Of a stretch of 64,000 nt of DNA, positions 1 through 10,341 are shown piece after piece (the first letter of the stretch is position 1; each line of letters opens with the position of its first letter). Below the pieces are notes generated by a model. That model was not told the DNA's origin. It saw only the letters and a list, made by a program, of their open reading frames with translations, and searched no databases. This DNA is from an uncultured Gemmatimonadaceae bacterium (lineage in GTDB: Bacteria; Gemmatimonadota; Gemmatimonadetes; Gemmatimonadales; Gemmatimonadaceae): the NCBI GenBank assembly GCA_964584905.1, contig CAZPCC010000395.1, positions 3,079 through 67,078 on the forward strand, written 5' to 3'. Position numbers and translations under genes: made by a program.

Positions 1-531
1 GCCGCCGACGTAATGGTCCAGGAGTACGGACGTTACTTCGGGATGAAGACGGCCACCTTTCGCGGTGGATGCCTCACCGGCCCCAACCATTCTGGCACGC
101 AGCTGCACGGGTTCCTCGCCTATCTAATGAAGTGCGCGGTCACCGGCACGCCCTACACGGTGTTCGGCTACAAGGGCAAGCAGGTGCGCGACAACATCCA
201 CAGCGCTGACCTGATCGCCGCCTTCCACGAGTTCGCCAAGGCACCGCGGTGTGGCGAGGTGTACAACATCGGTGGCGGGCGGTTCAGCAATTGCTCGATG
301 GTAGAGGCGATCGCGCAGTGTGAAGAGCTTACCGGGCGCGCAATGACGTGGAGCTACTCCGATACGAACCGCGTCGGCGATCACATCTGGTGGATCAGCG
401 ACAACGGCCGGTTCGCGGAGCACTACCCGCAATGGGTTCAGAAGTACGATGTACCGGCGACCCTGCGCGAGATCCACGAGGCAATGGCCGAGCGGTGGCG
501 GCCGGAGCAGGTGTCGGCGGTCGCGCCGTAA
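1..531 (+). CDS. NAD-dependent epimerase/dehydratase family protein, C-terminal part (5' end lies outside the window)
   Basis: The frame is open from the window edge. The translation ([38 protein letters not shown]) looks like the C-terminal half of an SDR-type sugar-nucleotide epimerase. Confidence 0.7.
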   Translation, partial: AADVMVQEYGRYFGMKTATFRGGCLTGPNHSGTQLHGFLAYLMKCAVTGTPYTVFGYKGKQVRDNIHSADLIAAFHEFAKAPRCGEVYNIGGGRFSNCSMVEAIAQCEELTGRAMTWSYSDTNRVGDHIWWISDNGRFAEHYPQWVQKYDVPATLREIHEAMAERWRPEQVSAVAP

Positions 532-602
532 CCCGGGCGGCGCATGGTGGTGCGGAACGGAGCCAACGACACTCCGTTCCCGTGTGATTCGCGCTGACGG
601 AC

Positions 603-2333
603 TCAGAACCGTTCGCGCCGCACCTTCACCATCTTGCCGCGAATCGTCGTTTTGCGTAATGCAGCGACGATCGCATCCGCATCGCGCTCCTTGACTTCGA
701 CCAGGCTGAAACTGTCGGCGATGTCGATCGCGCCGATGTTCTGGGAACTGACGCGCGCTTCGTTGGCGATCGCGCCCACCAGATCGCTGGGCCGCACGCC
801 CGAGCGCCGCCCGAGCGGCACGTATATCCGCACGAAGTCGCCGTCGTCCCTGGAGTCGCCGCGGCCGCTTCGCTTCGCGGGCTTGGAGCCGCTTCGGGTA
901 GCTCTCGTATCGCCCCTTCGATGCTCGGCCGGACGTGCCGTGCGGGTGCGCTGTTCGCGCGGCGGCGGCGTCACGTCCACATCCTCCATTTCGCGTGCGC
1001 CCATCTCGTGCACCAGCTTGATCGATGCCGCGGCGATGTCTACCAGCGCAAAGTCGCTGGCCAGCGCCTCGGCGATCACGGCGTAAGGCGAGAAATCGCC
1101 GCTATCCAGAACTTCGCGCACGGCCGCACTGGTCTGTTCCATCTGGCGGGCCCGCACATCCACGACGGTCGGCACCGACTCGATTGATATCTTGCGCTTG
1201 GCAACGTTTTCTATGCTGCGAAGGAGGCGGGTCTCCTTCGGCTCGAGCAGTGTGATCGCCACGCCTTCCCGGCCCGCTCTACCCGTGCGCCCGACGCGAT
1301 GCACGTAGGCGTCCGGTGCCGACGGGATGTCGAAGTTCACCACGTGGGACAGGTGGCCAATGTCGAGCCCGCGCGCCGCGACATCAGTCGCAATGAGCAG
1401 CTCGGTGGTCCCGTCCCGAAACCGCCGCATGACACGATCGCGCTGCTCCTGCGACATGCCGCCGTGCAGCGACTCGGCGCTGTAGCCACGCGCTCCGAGC
1501 ACTTCGGTAAGCTGATCGACCTCGGTACGTGTTCGGCAGAAGACGATCGCCGAGGCGGGACTCTCCATGTCGAGCACACGTCCGAGAGCTTCAATCTTGT
1601 GCTGTCGCGCCACGACGAACGCGATTTCCCTTACGTGTGACTTCTTCCCGGCCGCGACCGCCTCACGCGCGATCGCTATGCGGACCGGGTCGTGCAGATG
1701 CGAACGTGCGATAGCGGCAATGCGCGGCGCGATGGTCGCCGAAAACAGCGCGGTCTGCCGTTCCCTGGGGAGTGCCGCGAGAATCGCCTCGAGATCCTCG
1801 GCAAATCCCATGTCCAGCATCTCGTCCGCTTCGTCGAGCACGACCATGCGCACCTTGCTCAGGTCAACGCTCGTACGCCGGATGTGGTCCAGCACGCGCC
1901 CCGGAGTGGCCACGATCACGTCCACGCCGCGCCTGAGCGCGCGGAGCTGCTGCTGCATCGCCTGTCCGCCGTAAACGGGGAGCACACTCACCCCGAGCGA
2001 CTTTCCGTATCTGTGAACCGCTTCAGCCACCTGCATGGCCAGCTCGCGCGTCGGCACCAGAATGAGCGCGCTTGGAGTTCTGCGCTCGGCGGCGGAGAGC
2101 GCACCTATATGCTGGATGATCGGCAAGGCGAACGCAGCCGTCTTGCCCGTGCCCGTTGCGGCCTGCCCAAGCAGATCACGGTTGGCGAGGAGCGCCGGAA
2201 TGGCCTCCCGCTGGATCGGCGTCGGCTCCTCGTAACCGAGCTCCGCCACGGTTCGGATCAATTCCTCGTCGAGCCCAAGGGCGGCGAATCCGGGAGCCGT
2301 CACGGGCTCCGCTTTGTGCTTGGTGGGTGTCAT
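603..2333 (-). CDS. deaD: DEAD-box ATP-dependent RNA helicase with a DbpA-type C-terminal RNA-binding domain
   Basis: Carries the Q motif (EPTPIQ), motif I (AATGTGKT), DEAD, SAT and HRVGRTGRAG. An Arg/Gly/Ser-rich linker leads to a DbpA-like tail (FVRIYVPLGRRSGVRPSDLVGAIANE). Confidence 0.9.
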   Translation of the reverse strand: MTPTKHKAEPVTAPGFAALGLDEELIRTVAELGYEEPTPIQREAIPALLANRDLLGQAATGTGKTAAFALPIIQHIGALSAAERRTPSALILVPTRELAMQVAEAVHRYGKSLGVSVLPVYGGQAMQQQLRALRRGVDVIVATPGRVLDHIRRTSVDLSKVRMVVLDEADEMLDMGFAEDLEAILAALPRERQTALFSATIAPRIAAIARSHLHDPVRIAIAREAVAAGKKSHVREIAFVVARQHKIEALGRVLDMESPASAIVFCRTRTEVDQLTEVLGARGYSAESLHGGMSQEQRDRVMRRFRDGTTELLIATDVAARGLDIGHLSHVVNFDIPSAPDAYVHRVGRTGRAGREGVAITLLEPKETRLLRSIENVAKRKISIESVPTVVDVRARQMEQTSAAVREVLDSGDFSPYAVIAEALASDFALVDIAAASIKLVHEMGAREMEDVDVTPPPREQRTRTARPAEHRRGDTRATRSGSKPAKRSGRGDSRDDGDFVRIYVPLGRRSGVRPSDLVGAIANEARVSSQNIGAIDIADSFSLVEVKERDADAIVAALRKTTIRGKMVKVRRERF

Positions 2334-2635
2334 GAATAACAGTAGCGCAACTGGCGGACCGCACGGAGACCGGACTGAAACGGAGGACGATGAGCCTTCT
2401 CGAGCTCCACAGGCCTTCGTGCCGAAACGCCCCGCACCAGGCTCCCCGCCCGAACGAGCTCAGGGAATCGAGATCACTTTCCATGAGGGAGCTGCATCAC
2501 GCACGGAATCCGATGCCTTGCGAATGAACCGCCAACGTGGCGGTTAACGCATTTGTCTCGTCTTTGGCCCGAGGCTTGCCCCCACCAGTCTCCATTCACA
2601 GACACTATCCATGCAGCAAACGAAGAGGTGAAGTT

Positions 2636-3280
2636 ATGCGTTACGGAATTGCCGCCCTAACAATGGCCGCGCTCGCAACGTCGGCGTGTGCACGCACCGC
2701 TACGGTCGAGTCCACCGGCGATGTCGTGCCGCAACCGACGGCAACGCCATCGACATCGGCCAGTCTGCCGGTTGGCACCACGATGCAGGTGCGGCTCGAC
2801 AACGAGCTCGGCACCGGGTCGAGCAAGGTTGGTGACACTTTCACCGCCACGGTGATCAACGATGTGCGAGCGGGCGATGGAAGCATCGCCGTCGCTTCGG
2901 GATCCACCGTACGTGGAACGGTGACCGCTGTCGATGGCTCCGACGATGCAACCGACGCCGCGGTGATCAAGCTCAGCTTCAACGAGCTGTCCATGAACGG
3001 CCGCAACTATCCGTTCGAAGCGCGAATCGAAGCGACCGACCTGAAGCAGCAGGGTGACACTCGTCAGGAAACGATCCAGAAGGCGGGAATCGGCGCGGCG
3101 GCGGGTGCGGTGCTCGGCGCGGTACTTGGTGACGCGGACATGAAGAACATCCTCATCGGCGCGGCGGTCGGCGCGGCGGCTGGCACGGCGATCTCGCTTG
3201 GTGCCGGCGACGTGGAAGGCACGCTCCCGGTTGGGACAGTCCTCACGATCCAGGCGACGGAGATGGTGTCGCTCCGCTGA
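2636..3280 (+). CDS. Lipoprotein with a C-terminal glycine-zipper segment
   Basis: I chose the internal ATG at 2636 because it follows the SD-like gaagaggtgaag. The signal ends in a lipobox-like LATSAC. The C-terminus reads GIGAAAGAVLGAVLG..GAAVGAAAGTAISLG. Confidence 0.6.
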   Translation: MRYGIAALTMAALATSACARTATVESTGDVVPQPTATPSTSASLPVGTTMQVRLDNELGTGSSKVGDTFTATVINDVRAGDGSIAVASGSTVRGTVTAVDGSDDATDAAVIKLSFNELSMNGRNYPFEARIEATDLKQQGDTRQETIQKAGIGAAAGAVLGAVLGDADMKNILIGAAVGAAAGTAISLGAGDVEGTLPVGTVLTIQATEMVSLR

Positions 3281-3293
3281 ACGCGGACCAGGT

Positions 3294-3323
3294 AGGAACT
3301 AGGAACTAGGAATCAGGAATCAG
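3294..3323. repeat. Tandem heptamer repeat (AGGAACT x2, AGGAATC x2)
   Basis: Read directly as aggaact aggaact aggaatc aggaatc ag, in the intergenic region after the lipoprotein gene. Confidence 0.9.
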
Positions 3324-3337
3324 TTGGCCGAAGATTG

Positions 3338-3371
3338 GCGGCGGCGGGATTCTATCCCGTCGCCGCTATTT
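3338..3371 (+). terminator. Putative intrinsic terminator hairpin
   Basis: gcggcggcggga / tcccgtcgccgc forms a 12-bp stem with one G-U pair and a 5-nt loop (ttcta), followed by tattt. It lies downstream of the 2636..3280 stop. Confidence 0.5.
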
Positions 3372-3381
3372 GCATCCGCAC

Positions 3382-3423
3382 GCCGAGCAGTAGGAGTTAC
3401 GAGCCGAGCAGTAGGCGTTACGA
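3382..3423. repeat. Two tandem 21-bp direct repeats directly upstream of a start codon
   Basis: gccgagcagtaggAgttacga followed by gccgagcagtaggCgttacga. The repeats end 1 nt before the ATG at 3425. Confidence 0.85.
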
Positions 3424-3424
3424 A

Positions 3425-4189
3425 ATGACTCGACCAGGAGCGCAGTCAGTGACTGACGACATTGAAGGGGATGCTTCACATCGGCCGTGGCCGCTCCCGC
3501 GGGCACCCTGGATCATGTTCCAGAGCTGGCAGCGCCTGCTGTTTGCCCACTGGCCCGTGCCTATCGAGATGCTGCGCCCGCTGGTGCCGGCATCGCTGGT
3601 CATCGAGGAGTTCGACGGGACCGCATGGGTGTCCATTACCCCTTTCTGGTTGACCGGTTTGCACGCGCGCTTCCTGCCGCCTCTGCCGTTCGCCTCCGAA
3701 TTCCCCGAAATGAACTTCCGGACATACGTGCGCGCCGGCAGCAAGCCGGGAATCTTCTTTTTCAGTCTGGACGCCGGTAGCCGCCTGGCAGTGATGGGCG
3801 CGCGTGCCACTTATAGGCTGCCCTATTTCCACTCCGATATGGAGATCGTCTCGGAGGCCGATTGGGTCCGTTACTCCAGCCGCCGCAATGCCAGGCCAAA
3901 TCCGGCGTTCATCGGACGGTATCGTGCAACTGGTGCCCCAGTCCAGCCGCGCCCGGGCACGATCGAATACTTTCTCACCGAGCGGTACGCCCTTTATACG
4001 GTGTTCCCCGGCGGATTTCTGGCGCGAGGCGAAATCCACCATCGAATATGGGATCTGCAGCCTGCCGAGGCGCACATAGAGGTGAACACCGTTCCGCAGG
4101 CGCACGGAATAACGCTGCCTGACCGCCCGCCGCTGCTGCAGTATTCCGCGCGCCAGGACACGTTGATCTGGGCGCCTTCGATCGTCTAG
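3425..4189 (+). CDS. DUF2071 (YqjF-like) family protein
   Basis: The N-terminal block RPWPLPRAPWIMFQSWQRLLFAHWPV..L...VP and the segment ITPFWLTG..EMNFRTYV are typical of the family. I chose the internal ATG at 3425. Confidence 0.6.
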   Translation: MTRPGAQSVTDDIEGDASHRPWPLPRAPWIMFQSWQRLLFAHWPVPIEMLRPLVPASLVIEEFDGTAWVSITPFWLTGLHARFLPPLPFASEFPEMNFRTYVRAGSKPGIFFFSLDAGSRLAVMGARATYRLPYFHSDMEIVSEADWVRYSSRRNARPNPAFIGRYRATGAPVQPRPGTIEYFLTERYALYTVFPGGFLARGEIHHRIWDLQPAEAHIEVNTVPQAHGITLPDRPPLLQYSARQDTLIWAPSIV

Positions 4190-5871
4190 CTTCCGCTTCG
4201 CGCGAACACGCGTCCCACCCACATCACTACAAGCCACGCTTCTCCGCACAAGATGAGCAGGGCAATCATGGCTCCTACCACCAATGCACCGCTCTCGTGC
4301 AACGGCGCCAGAGCCAGCCGCGCCATGCTACCGAGCAACGCGGCGGGCAGGAGAGCGATTGCCAGCACCAGAAGAGAGAGGAGCATGACGAGCATGTGTA
4401 CGCCGAGCGCCTCGATTCCCGCGGCACGCGGTGCTGCTCTGCGGCCGGCGTCGGGCGATGTGAGCGCGTAGCCATTGTGCACGCCTACGACGATCGCATT
4501 GAGCGGCAGCGCCACCCCGATGAGTGCGATCCCGCTGCCGGCCGGAACGGGAATAGCCATTCCGGAAGCGGACAGAAGAGCTCCGCCGGCCGCGACCATC
4601 GCAAGCTGCAACGCCGTCAGCCCGAAAACCGATCCGGCGATCTCTGCTGCCGCTACCGCGGTGCCTGACACAGGCAGCACCCTGAGCATGTCGAGTCTTG
4701 CAAGGTCGCGGCGAAAGTCGAAGCGAACCCAGAGTGGACCCGCCACCACCAGCAATCCCCCCCAGACGACCAGCATTACGCCGAGCATCTCGCTGAGCTC
4801 GCGCCGGCCCTCTATCGAGCTGAGGACGACGATTGCGAGGAGCACGGCAATCAGAGTGGTGAGTGCCGCGCCTCGCAAGCTGCGCATCATTGCGATCACG
4901 TTCTTCCACAGAATTGCGACAGCTGGATGCCCGTGTGGAGCGAGCGTCAGGCGGGTGCGAACGGCACCCCTCGGAGCGTCCCCGCGACCGCGCCCAGCCC
5001 GTCGCGCTTCCAGCAAGCGCGCGTGCCGCTCGGACGCCTCGACCGCGGCTTCCTCGAACGCCACATCCGCGGTGAGAACCCAGGCGAGATGAATTGCCGC
5101 TACCAACAGTGCGAATGGAATCGCCGCTGCCCATTCCCCTGACGAGACAGCCAGCGCGGGCTCGATGAGCATGCGCAGTGGCGCAAGCACCACGTGCGCC
5201 GGCCCCTGCTGCAGCGCAGCGCCAACGGCGCGCAGGAAGCTCATGATTCCCGTTGTCGCGGCAATCTCCCCGGCTCCCGCAGCGATTGAAACGCCAATCG
5301 CCAACGCGATGCAGAGAAGGGCGAGCACGGCCATCCAGTTGCGCCGGGCGCCTGCTGATCCGTGCTCCAGCATACCGGCACGAACCAGTGACGCGCCCAG
5401 CTGATGCAGGTGCAGGGTACCGAACAGCAGCCAGAAAGCGACGAAGCGAGCGGGTGCCGGACCGCCGGTGGACTGAAACAGCCAGGTCCAGATCGCGGCG
5501 TTCATCAGCAGCACGAACTGCGACTTGGCAATGCGATAGGCGACGATCGTGCGGCGCCCGACCGGAGCAGGGAAGAGGAAATATACCTCTGCCGGGGAGA
5601 ACGTCAGTGCCTGACGATCAGCACCGAAAAGCCACCAGCGAGCGATGAACGCGAGCAGCAGGATCGCCGCGAGCTCCACCCCGACCCCGCCGAACGGCCT
5701 TCCGGAGAAAGCGGTACGGCCGGCCGGATTTCCGAATACGAATGCCAGGTACGAAACTCCGATGACCAGCGCGATCGCCGCCTTCGGCGAGCGAAGCCGC
5801 CGTGCCTGCTTCGTCAGGCGATTTCTGAACGTGTGCGCCAGCAGGTAGCCGAGAGCGTTGGCGGCAGACAT
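4186..5871 (-). CDS. Polytopic membrane protein, putative permease partner of the adjacent ABC ATPase (putative ABC exporter family)
   Basis: Many hydrophobic helices. The start at M54 of the tracked ORF lies 8 nt after the ATPase stop codon, so the two genes form an operon. Confidence 0.6.
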   Translation of the reverse strand: MSAANALGYLLAHTFRNRLTKQARRLRSPKAAIALVIGVSYLAFVFGNPAGRTAFSGRPFGGVGVELAAILLLAFIARWWLFGADRQALTFSPAEVYFLFPAPVGRRTIVAYRIAKSQFVLLMNAAIWTWLFQSTGGPAPARFVAFWLLFGTLHLHQLGASLVRAGMLEHGSAGARRNWMAVLALLCIALAIGVSIAAGAGEIAATTGIMSFLRAVGAALQQGPAHVVLAPLRMLIEPALAVSSGEWAAAIPFALLVAAIHLAWVLTADVAFEEAAVEASERHARLLEARRAGRGRGDAPRGAVRTRLTLAPHGHPAVAILWKNVIAMMRSLRGAALTTLIAVLLAIVVLSSIEGRRELSEMLGVMLVVWGGLLVVAGPLWVRFDFRRDLARLDMLRVLPVSGTAVAAAEIAGSVFGLTALQLAMVAAGGALLSASGMAIPVPAGSGIALIGVALPLNAIVVGVHNGYALTSPDAGRRAAPRAAGIEALGVHMLVMLLSLLVLAIALLPAALLGSMARLALAPLHESGALVVGAMIALLILCGEAWLVVMWVGRVFARSGS

Positions 5872-5879
5872 CTGCCCGG

Positions 5880-6617
5880 CTAGCGACCCGCCGCCGGCGG
5901 CTCGCTGGTAAGCGCCAGAAAGATCGCCTCCAGCCCCAGACCATCGAGCTGCGGCCGCTCGGCTATGATGCGTTCGAGCGGGCCGCTGGCCACCATTCGC
6001 CCGCGCTGGATAACCAGCAGCGAGGTGCACAGCTCCTCGACCATATCGAGCAGATGGGAGCTGAGGACGACCGCCGCACCCTCGCGCGCTCGCGCAATGA
6101 TCGTGTTCTTCATCCGCCGCATTCCTGCCGGATCGAGTCCGGTGAGCGGCTCGTCGAGAATGAGAGCCCTGGGACGGTGTAGAAGCGCGCAGGCGATCGC
6201 CAGCTTCTGTTTCATCCCGCGTGAAAGCTCCGGCGAGAGCACGTCCCGCTTGGGCGTAAGTTCCAGCTCCTCCAGCAGCTCGGGCGCCATGCGCTCGACG
6301 TCCGCCACTCCGTACAGGCGGGCGATGAATCGCAGATGCTCGATCACGGTGAGGTCGTCGAACAGCTGCGGCTCGTCAGGTACGAACGCCAGTTCACGCT
6401 TCGCCGCGACCGGGTCAGTGGCGAGATCGTGGCCCGCAATGGCGATCCGGCCGCGAGTGGGGCGGAGAATGCCCGCCATGGCGCGCAATGTGGTGGTCTT
6501 GCCCGCGCCGTTGGGCCCCACGAGGCCCAGAATCGCGCCGGGCGCCACCTCGAACGAGAGGGCGTCCACGGCGACGAGGTCGCCATACAGCTTGGTGAGC
6601 TCCTCGACGCTGATCAC
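5880..6617 (-). CDS. ABC transporter ATP-binding protein
   Basis: Walker A (GPNGAGKTT), ABC signature (LSRGMKQKL) and Walker B (LILDEP). Confidence 0.9.
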   Translation of the reverse strand: MISVEELTKLYGDLVAVDALSFEVAPGAILGLVGPNGAGKTTTLRAMAGILRPTRGRIAIAGHDLATDPVAAKRELAFVPDEPQLFDDLTVIEHLRFIARLYGVADVERMAPELLEELELTPKRDVLSPELSRGMKQKLAIACALLHRPRALILDEPLTGLDPAGMRRMKNTIIARAREGAAVVLSSHLLDMVEELCTSLLVIQRGRMVASGPLERIIAERPQLDGLGLEAIFLALTSEPPAAGR

Positions 6618-6774
6618 GGCGGCGGAACATTGATGTTCGACCCTGCCGAAGTCAACGGCGCTCGAGGCTCAACTTGGGCGGCCATCCTACCGACACTTTG
6701 AATGGTCGGGACCCCGTCCCTCGGACGGCCGAAAAGGATTAGTCGCCTCTAATTGAACGAACCTCGCCATCGTC

Positions 6775-8052
6775 ATGAATATTTTCGTCGCCAGGCAACC
6801 GATTCTCGACCGCGATGGACAGCTCGTCGGCTACGAGCTGCTGTACCGGACCAGCCTGGAGCAGAACTGGGCATCGGGAGCTGATGCACGGACAATGTCT
6901 TCGGACGTGATCATCCATTCCGTGCTCAACATGGGCCTGGAGCGGATCACCGGCGGGCTCACCGCCTTCGTGAACATTACCAGCGACATGCTCGTGAGCG
7001 ATCTGTTCGAGCTGCTCGATCCCTCGCAGGTAGTCATCGAGCTGCTCGAGACGGCGGTGGACGACCAATACACGATTGGTGCGTGCGAGAGGTTGGCAGC
7101 TGCTGGCTACACTCTGGCGATCGACCACTTCGCCAGCACCGAAGTGAATGAGTCCATCTCGCGGATTGCACACATCGTGAAGGTGGACTTTCTGGCCCAC
7201 ACACCCGAGGCCATCGCCGAGCTCGCGCGGTCGCTCGAGGGGTCCGGCGTGAGGCTGTTGGCGGAGAAGATCGAGAACGCAGAAGCCCACGAGCTGGCAC
7301 GCTCGCTAGGCTTCGAGATGTTTCAGGGATACTTCCTGGGATATCCCGAGATACTCGCCGAGCGGGACATCCCGCTGGAAGGCATGGGGATCATCAAGAT
7401 CCTCAGCCTGCTGCGCGATACGAGCACGTCGGACGAACAGATCGAGGACGCACTCGCCACCAGTCCGGGGCTGTCGTTTCTCCTCCTCCGTATCCTGGAC
7501 CCGTCCTCTCGCGGCAGCGTGGGCATTCAGTCCATGGGGCACGCCATTCAGCTGCTCGGCCGCGACAAGCTGCAGCGGTGGCTGTCGCTGCTGTTCGCTT
7601 CCTCAATGGCTCCGCGGAGCGACCTGGACACCGAACGCGCGATACGGGCGATCGCCGGCGCGCGGCTGTGCGAGATGATTGGTCGTGCCAGTGGGCAACG
7701 TGCGATGGGTGGGCAGCTCTTCCTGGTCGGAATGGTCTCGGCCTTCGTATCGCTCTTCAGGATTCCACTCTCGGAAATCCTTTCGCGCATCGACCTCGCG
7801 CCTGACGTGCGCTCCGCGCTGCTGGACTCGCACGGCCCATGCGCCAGCATCCTGCAACTCGCGCAGGCCTATGAGCGAGCGGAGTGGGAGCACGTGCCCG
7901 CCCTCGTCGCTTCTACCGGCATTAGCGTACGGATGGTGACCGACCTCTACCTGGAGTCGCTCATCTGGGCGAGGGAGCGGCTGCGGGATCAGGATAGTGA
8001 AATCGGCGACCGTGATCTGGTTGGAATGAACGGGTCAGCGTTCGGGATCTAG
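6775..8052 (+). CDS. EAL domain plus HDOD domain signalling protein
   Basis: The N-terminus FVARQPILDRDGQLVGYELLYR and the later AEKIE..FQGYF are EAL-type. The C-terminal half looks HDOD-like (ILSLLRD..SPGLSFLLLRI). Confidence 0.75.
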   Translation: MNIFVARQPILDRDGQLVGYELLYRTSLEQNWASGADARTMSSDVIIHSVLNMGLERITGGLTAFVNITSDMLVSDLFELLDPSQVVIELLETAVDDQYTIGACERLAAAGYTLAIDHFASTEVNESISRIAHIVKVDFLAHTPEAIAELARSLEGSGVRLLAEKIENAEAHELARSLGFEMFQGYFLGYPEILAERDIPLEGMGIIKILSLLRDTSTSDEQIEDALATSPGLSFLLLRILDPSSRGSVGIQSMGHAIQLLGRDKLQRWLSLLFASSMAPRSDLDTERAIRAIAGARLCEMIGRASGQRAMGGQLFLVGMVSAFVSLFRIPLSEILSRIDLAPDVRSALLDSHGPCASILQLAQAYERAEWEHVPALVASTGISVRMVTDLYLESLIWARERLRDQDSEIGDRDLVGMNGSAFGI

Positions 8053-8152
8053 CGCAAAGCGTCAAATGTCCCGGTATGGATCCCAGGCCTTCCTTTCGTC
8101 GAAAGCCTGAAGAGGTCTCGTTTTCCGGGGTTGGGGATATATTCCTGTCCGC

Positions 8153-8797
8153 ATGACTACTGATCCGGTCCACGATGCCTGGGCGCGTTTATCCGACTCG
8201 CTGATTGGCGGAATAGCGCACGCGCTGAGCAATCGAATCGCCACGCTTTCGGCGCTCTCCGAGTTGATGCGGATGGAGGATTCGCCGTCCGAGAACGCCG
8301 ACATGCTGCGCAAGGAAGTCGGGCGGCTCGAGTTACTCGTTCAGCACCTCCGGCTTCTGGGCGAGGAGTCGGCAGTCCCAGCCGAGGCGCTGCAACTACC
8401 CGAAGTGACCGCCGCGGCGATCGCGCTTCACGGATACCACCGCGATTTCCGCGACGTTACCGTGCTGGTGGGTGGAGAAACCTCGGTTCAGCCGGTGCAT
8501 TTCCAGCGCTCGAGGCTCCTGCGCGTGCTGCTGATTCTGCTCGCTGCGGCGGCAATGGCAGCGGGACGCGACCACGCGGTGCATGCCACCTTTTCGGCGG
8601 AAGATGCACTTGTAAGAGTCACAATTGGTCCCGATGGTAAGGCGAAGTGGGACGCCGCCCCCTCCGACGCGCTCCTCGACGGCGCACGCGCCTTGCTCGG
8701 CGATAGCGAAGGCTCCGTCTCGCGAAACGGAGCCACCATTCTGCTGGAGTTGCCGACGCTTGCGGCGGTAAGGGCACGGGAGCGCGGGAGCGCGTGA
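8153..8797 (+). CDS. Small histidine-kinase-like protein (H-box-like helix, apparently degenerate ATPase part)
   Basis: GGIAHALSNRIATLSALSELM resembles a DHp H-box. I saw no clear N/G1/G2 boxes. Confidence 0.35.
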   Translation: MTTDPVHDAWARLSDSLIGGIAHALSNRIATLSALSELMRMEDSPSENADMLRKEVGRLELLVQHLRLLGEESAVPAEALQLPEVTAAAIALHGYHRDFRDVTVLVGGETSVQPVHFQRSRLLRVLLILLAAAAMAAGRDHAVHATFSAEDALVRVTIGPDGKAKWDAAPSDALLDGARALLGDSEGSVSRNGATILLELPTLAAVRARERGSA

Positions 8798-10341
8798 GGG
8801 CCGGCCGCCATTACGACGCCATCATTATCGGAAGCGGCATTGGCGGCGCCTTCGCGGCGCTCGCGTTGGTGCGCGCCGGCCAAAGTGTGCTCGTGCTCGA
8901 GCGGGGCGATTGGGTGCGGCGCAGTCCAGACAACTGGCTGCCGGAAGGCGTCTGGGAGCTTACTCCGGCCTGTTCGAAGCAGGCGCCTTACGAGCTGCAC
9001 AGCGGACGACATAGGTCGGCGGTAGCCGGCTTCCACTGCGTGGGCGGCATGTCCGTCTATGCCGGCGGGGTCGCCTTCCGCTTCCGGGAACGGGACTTCG
9101 AACCGACTCCTGAAATTATCGGTGATTCCGGTGCCGAATGGCCATATGGCTATTCCGAACTGGCCCCGTTCTACGACGATGCCGAACGTGTGCTCGGAGT
9201 ATCCGGTTGCACAGGTGAAGATCCGACCGAGCCTGCGCGTGCGAAGCCGTACCCACAAGAGCCTGCACCGTTGGCGGCGTTGTCCCGACGGATCGCCGAC
9301 TCGGCTCGGGATCTCGGTCTTTCTCCGTTCCGGTTGCCGCTGGCCATCAATTATGCGAATGGCGCCCGGCGGGCATGCATTGGCTGCCTCACGTGCGATG
9401 CGTACGCCTGCGCGATCGAGGCGAAGAACGACGTTTCAACGGTGGTCTATCCCGATCTCATCGCGCGGGGGCTGGTGCTGGAACCGAACACCGTCGTCGT
9501 CGGCGTGCAAGTGGATGGCTCACGGGCGTCGAGGGTGCACGCCGTCGATGCGAAGACCGGTGCCCGGCGTGCCTATCGAGGGACCAGGGTCTTCTTCGCG
9601 GCGGGAGTTCTCGCTACGCCGCACCTGCTGCTGTCGTCAGGGCTCGAGGCGTTCAACCCGGGGGGTGGCGTGGTCGGTCGCTACCTGCTCCGGCACTGCA
9701 ACGCAATGACCTTCGGGTTCTTCGATCAGCCGCCTAATCCGGCGGGTGAGTTTCACAAGCAGCTGGGCGTTCACGACTTCTATTTCGGTGATCCGGCTGG
9801 GAATGCGCCCGAGGGCAAGCTCGGGTGCATCCAGCAGGTGATGGCGCCGCCGGTCGGTAGTCTGCAGAAGCGGCTGGGTAAGCCGCTGACCCGGATGATC
9901 GAGCCGGCAATGCGGCGCGTCACGGGGCTGCTGAGTATCGCCGAGGACCAGCCTCGCGCCTCGAATCGTCTCAGCATCAGTCGCAGCATCCGCGACCGCT
10001 ATGGACTCCCGAGAGTGATCATCGAGCATGACTATTCGGCGCGCGATCTTGCTGCGCGGCGCGCACTGGTCGAATGGTGCCGCCGGATTCTGCGCGGTGC
10101 GGGTGCACGTTTTTCGTATACCCACAGGATCGACACGTTTTCGCACGCAGTCGGAACGGTGCGCGCCGGAGTCGACCCGCACAGCTCTGCACTGGATGCC
10201 AACTGCCGGTTTCGTGGGGTGGACAACGTGTACGTGGTGGACGGCAGCTTCATGCCCACGTCGGCTGCTGTGAATCCCAGCCTGACGATTGCCGCAAACG
10301 CGCTTCGAACCGCGACCCGCGCTCTCGAGGAAGAACGGTGA
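8794..10341 (+). CDS. GMC-family FAD-dependent oxidoreductase
   Basis: N-terminal YDAIIIGSGIGGAFAALAL (GxGxxG) and C-terminal VYVVDGSFMPTSAAVNPSLTIAANALR. Confidence 0.85.
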   Translation: MRAGRHYDAIIIGSGIGGAFAALALVRAGQSVLVLERGDWVRRSPDNWLPEGVWELTPACSKQAPYELHSGRHRSAVAGFHCVGGMSVYAGGVAFRFRERDFEPTPEIIGDSGAEWPYGYSELAPFYDDAERVLGVSGCTGEDPTEPARAKPYPQEPAPLAALSRRIADSARDLGLSPFRLPLAINYANGARRACIGCLTCDAYACAIEAKNDVSTVVYPDLIARGLVLEPNTVVVGVQVDGSRASRVHAVDAKTGARRAYRGTRVFFAAGVLATPHLLLSSGLEAFNPGGGVVGRYLLRHCNAMTFGFFDQPPNPAGEFHKQLGVHDFYFGDPAGNAPEGKLGCIQQVMAPPVGSLQKRLGKPLTRMIEPAMRRVTGLLSIAEDQPRASNRLSISRSIRDRYGLPRVIIEHDYSARDLAARRALVEWCRRILRGAGARFSYTHRIDTFSHAVGTVRAGVDPHSSALDANCRFRGVDNVYVVDGSFMPTSAAVNPSLTIAANALRTATRALEEER

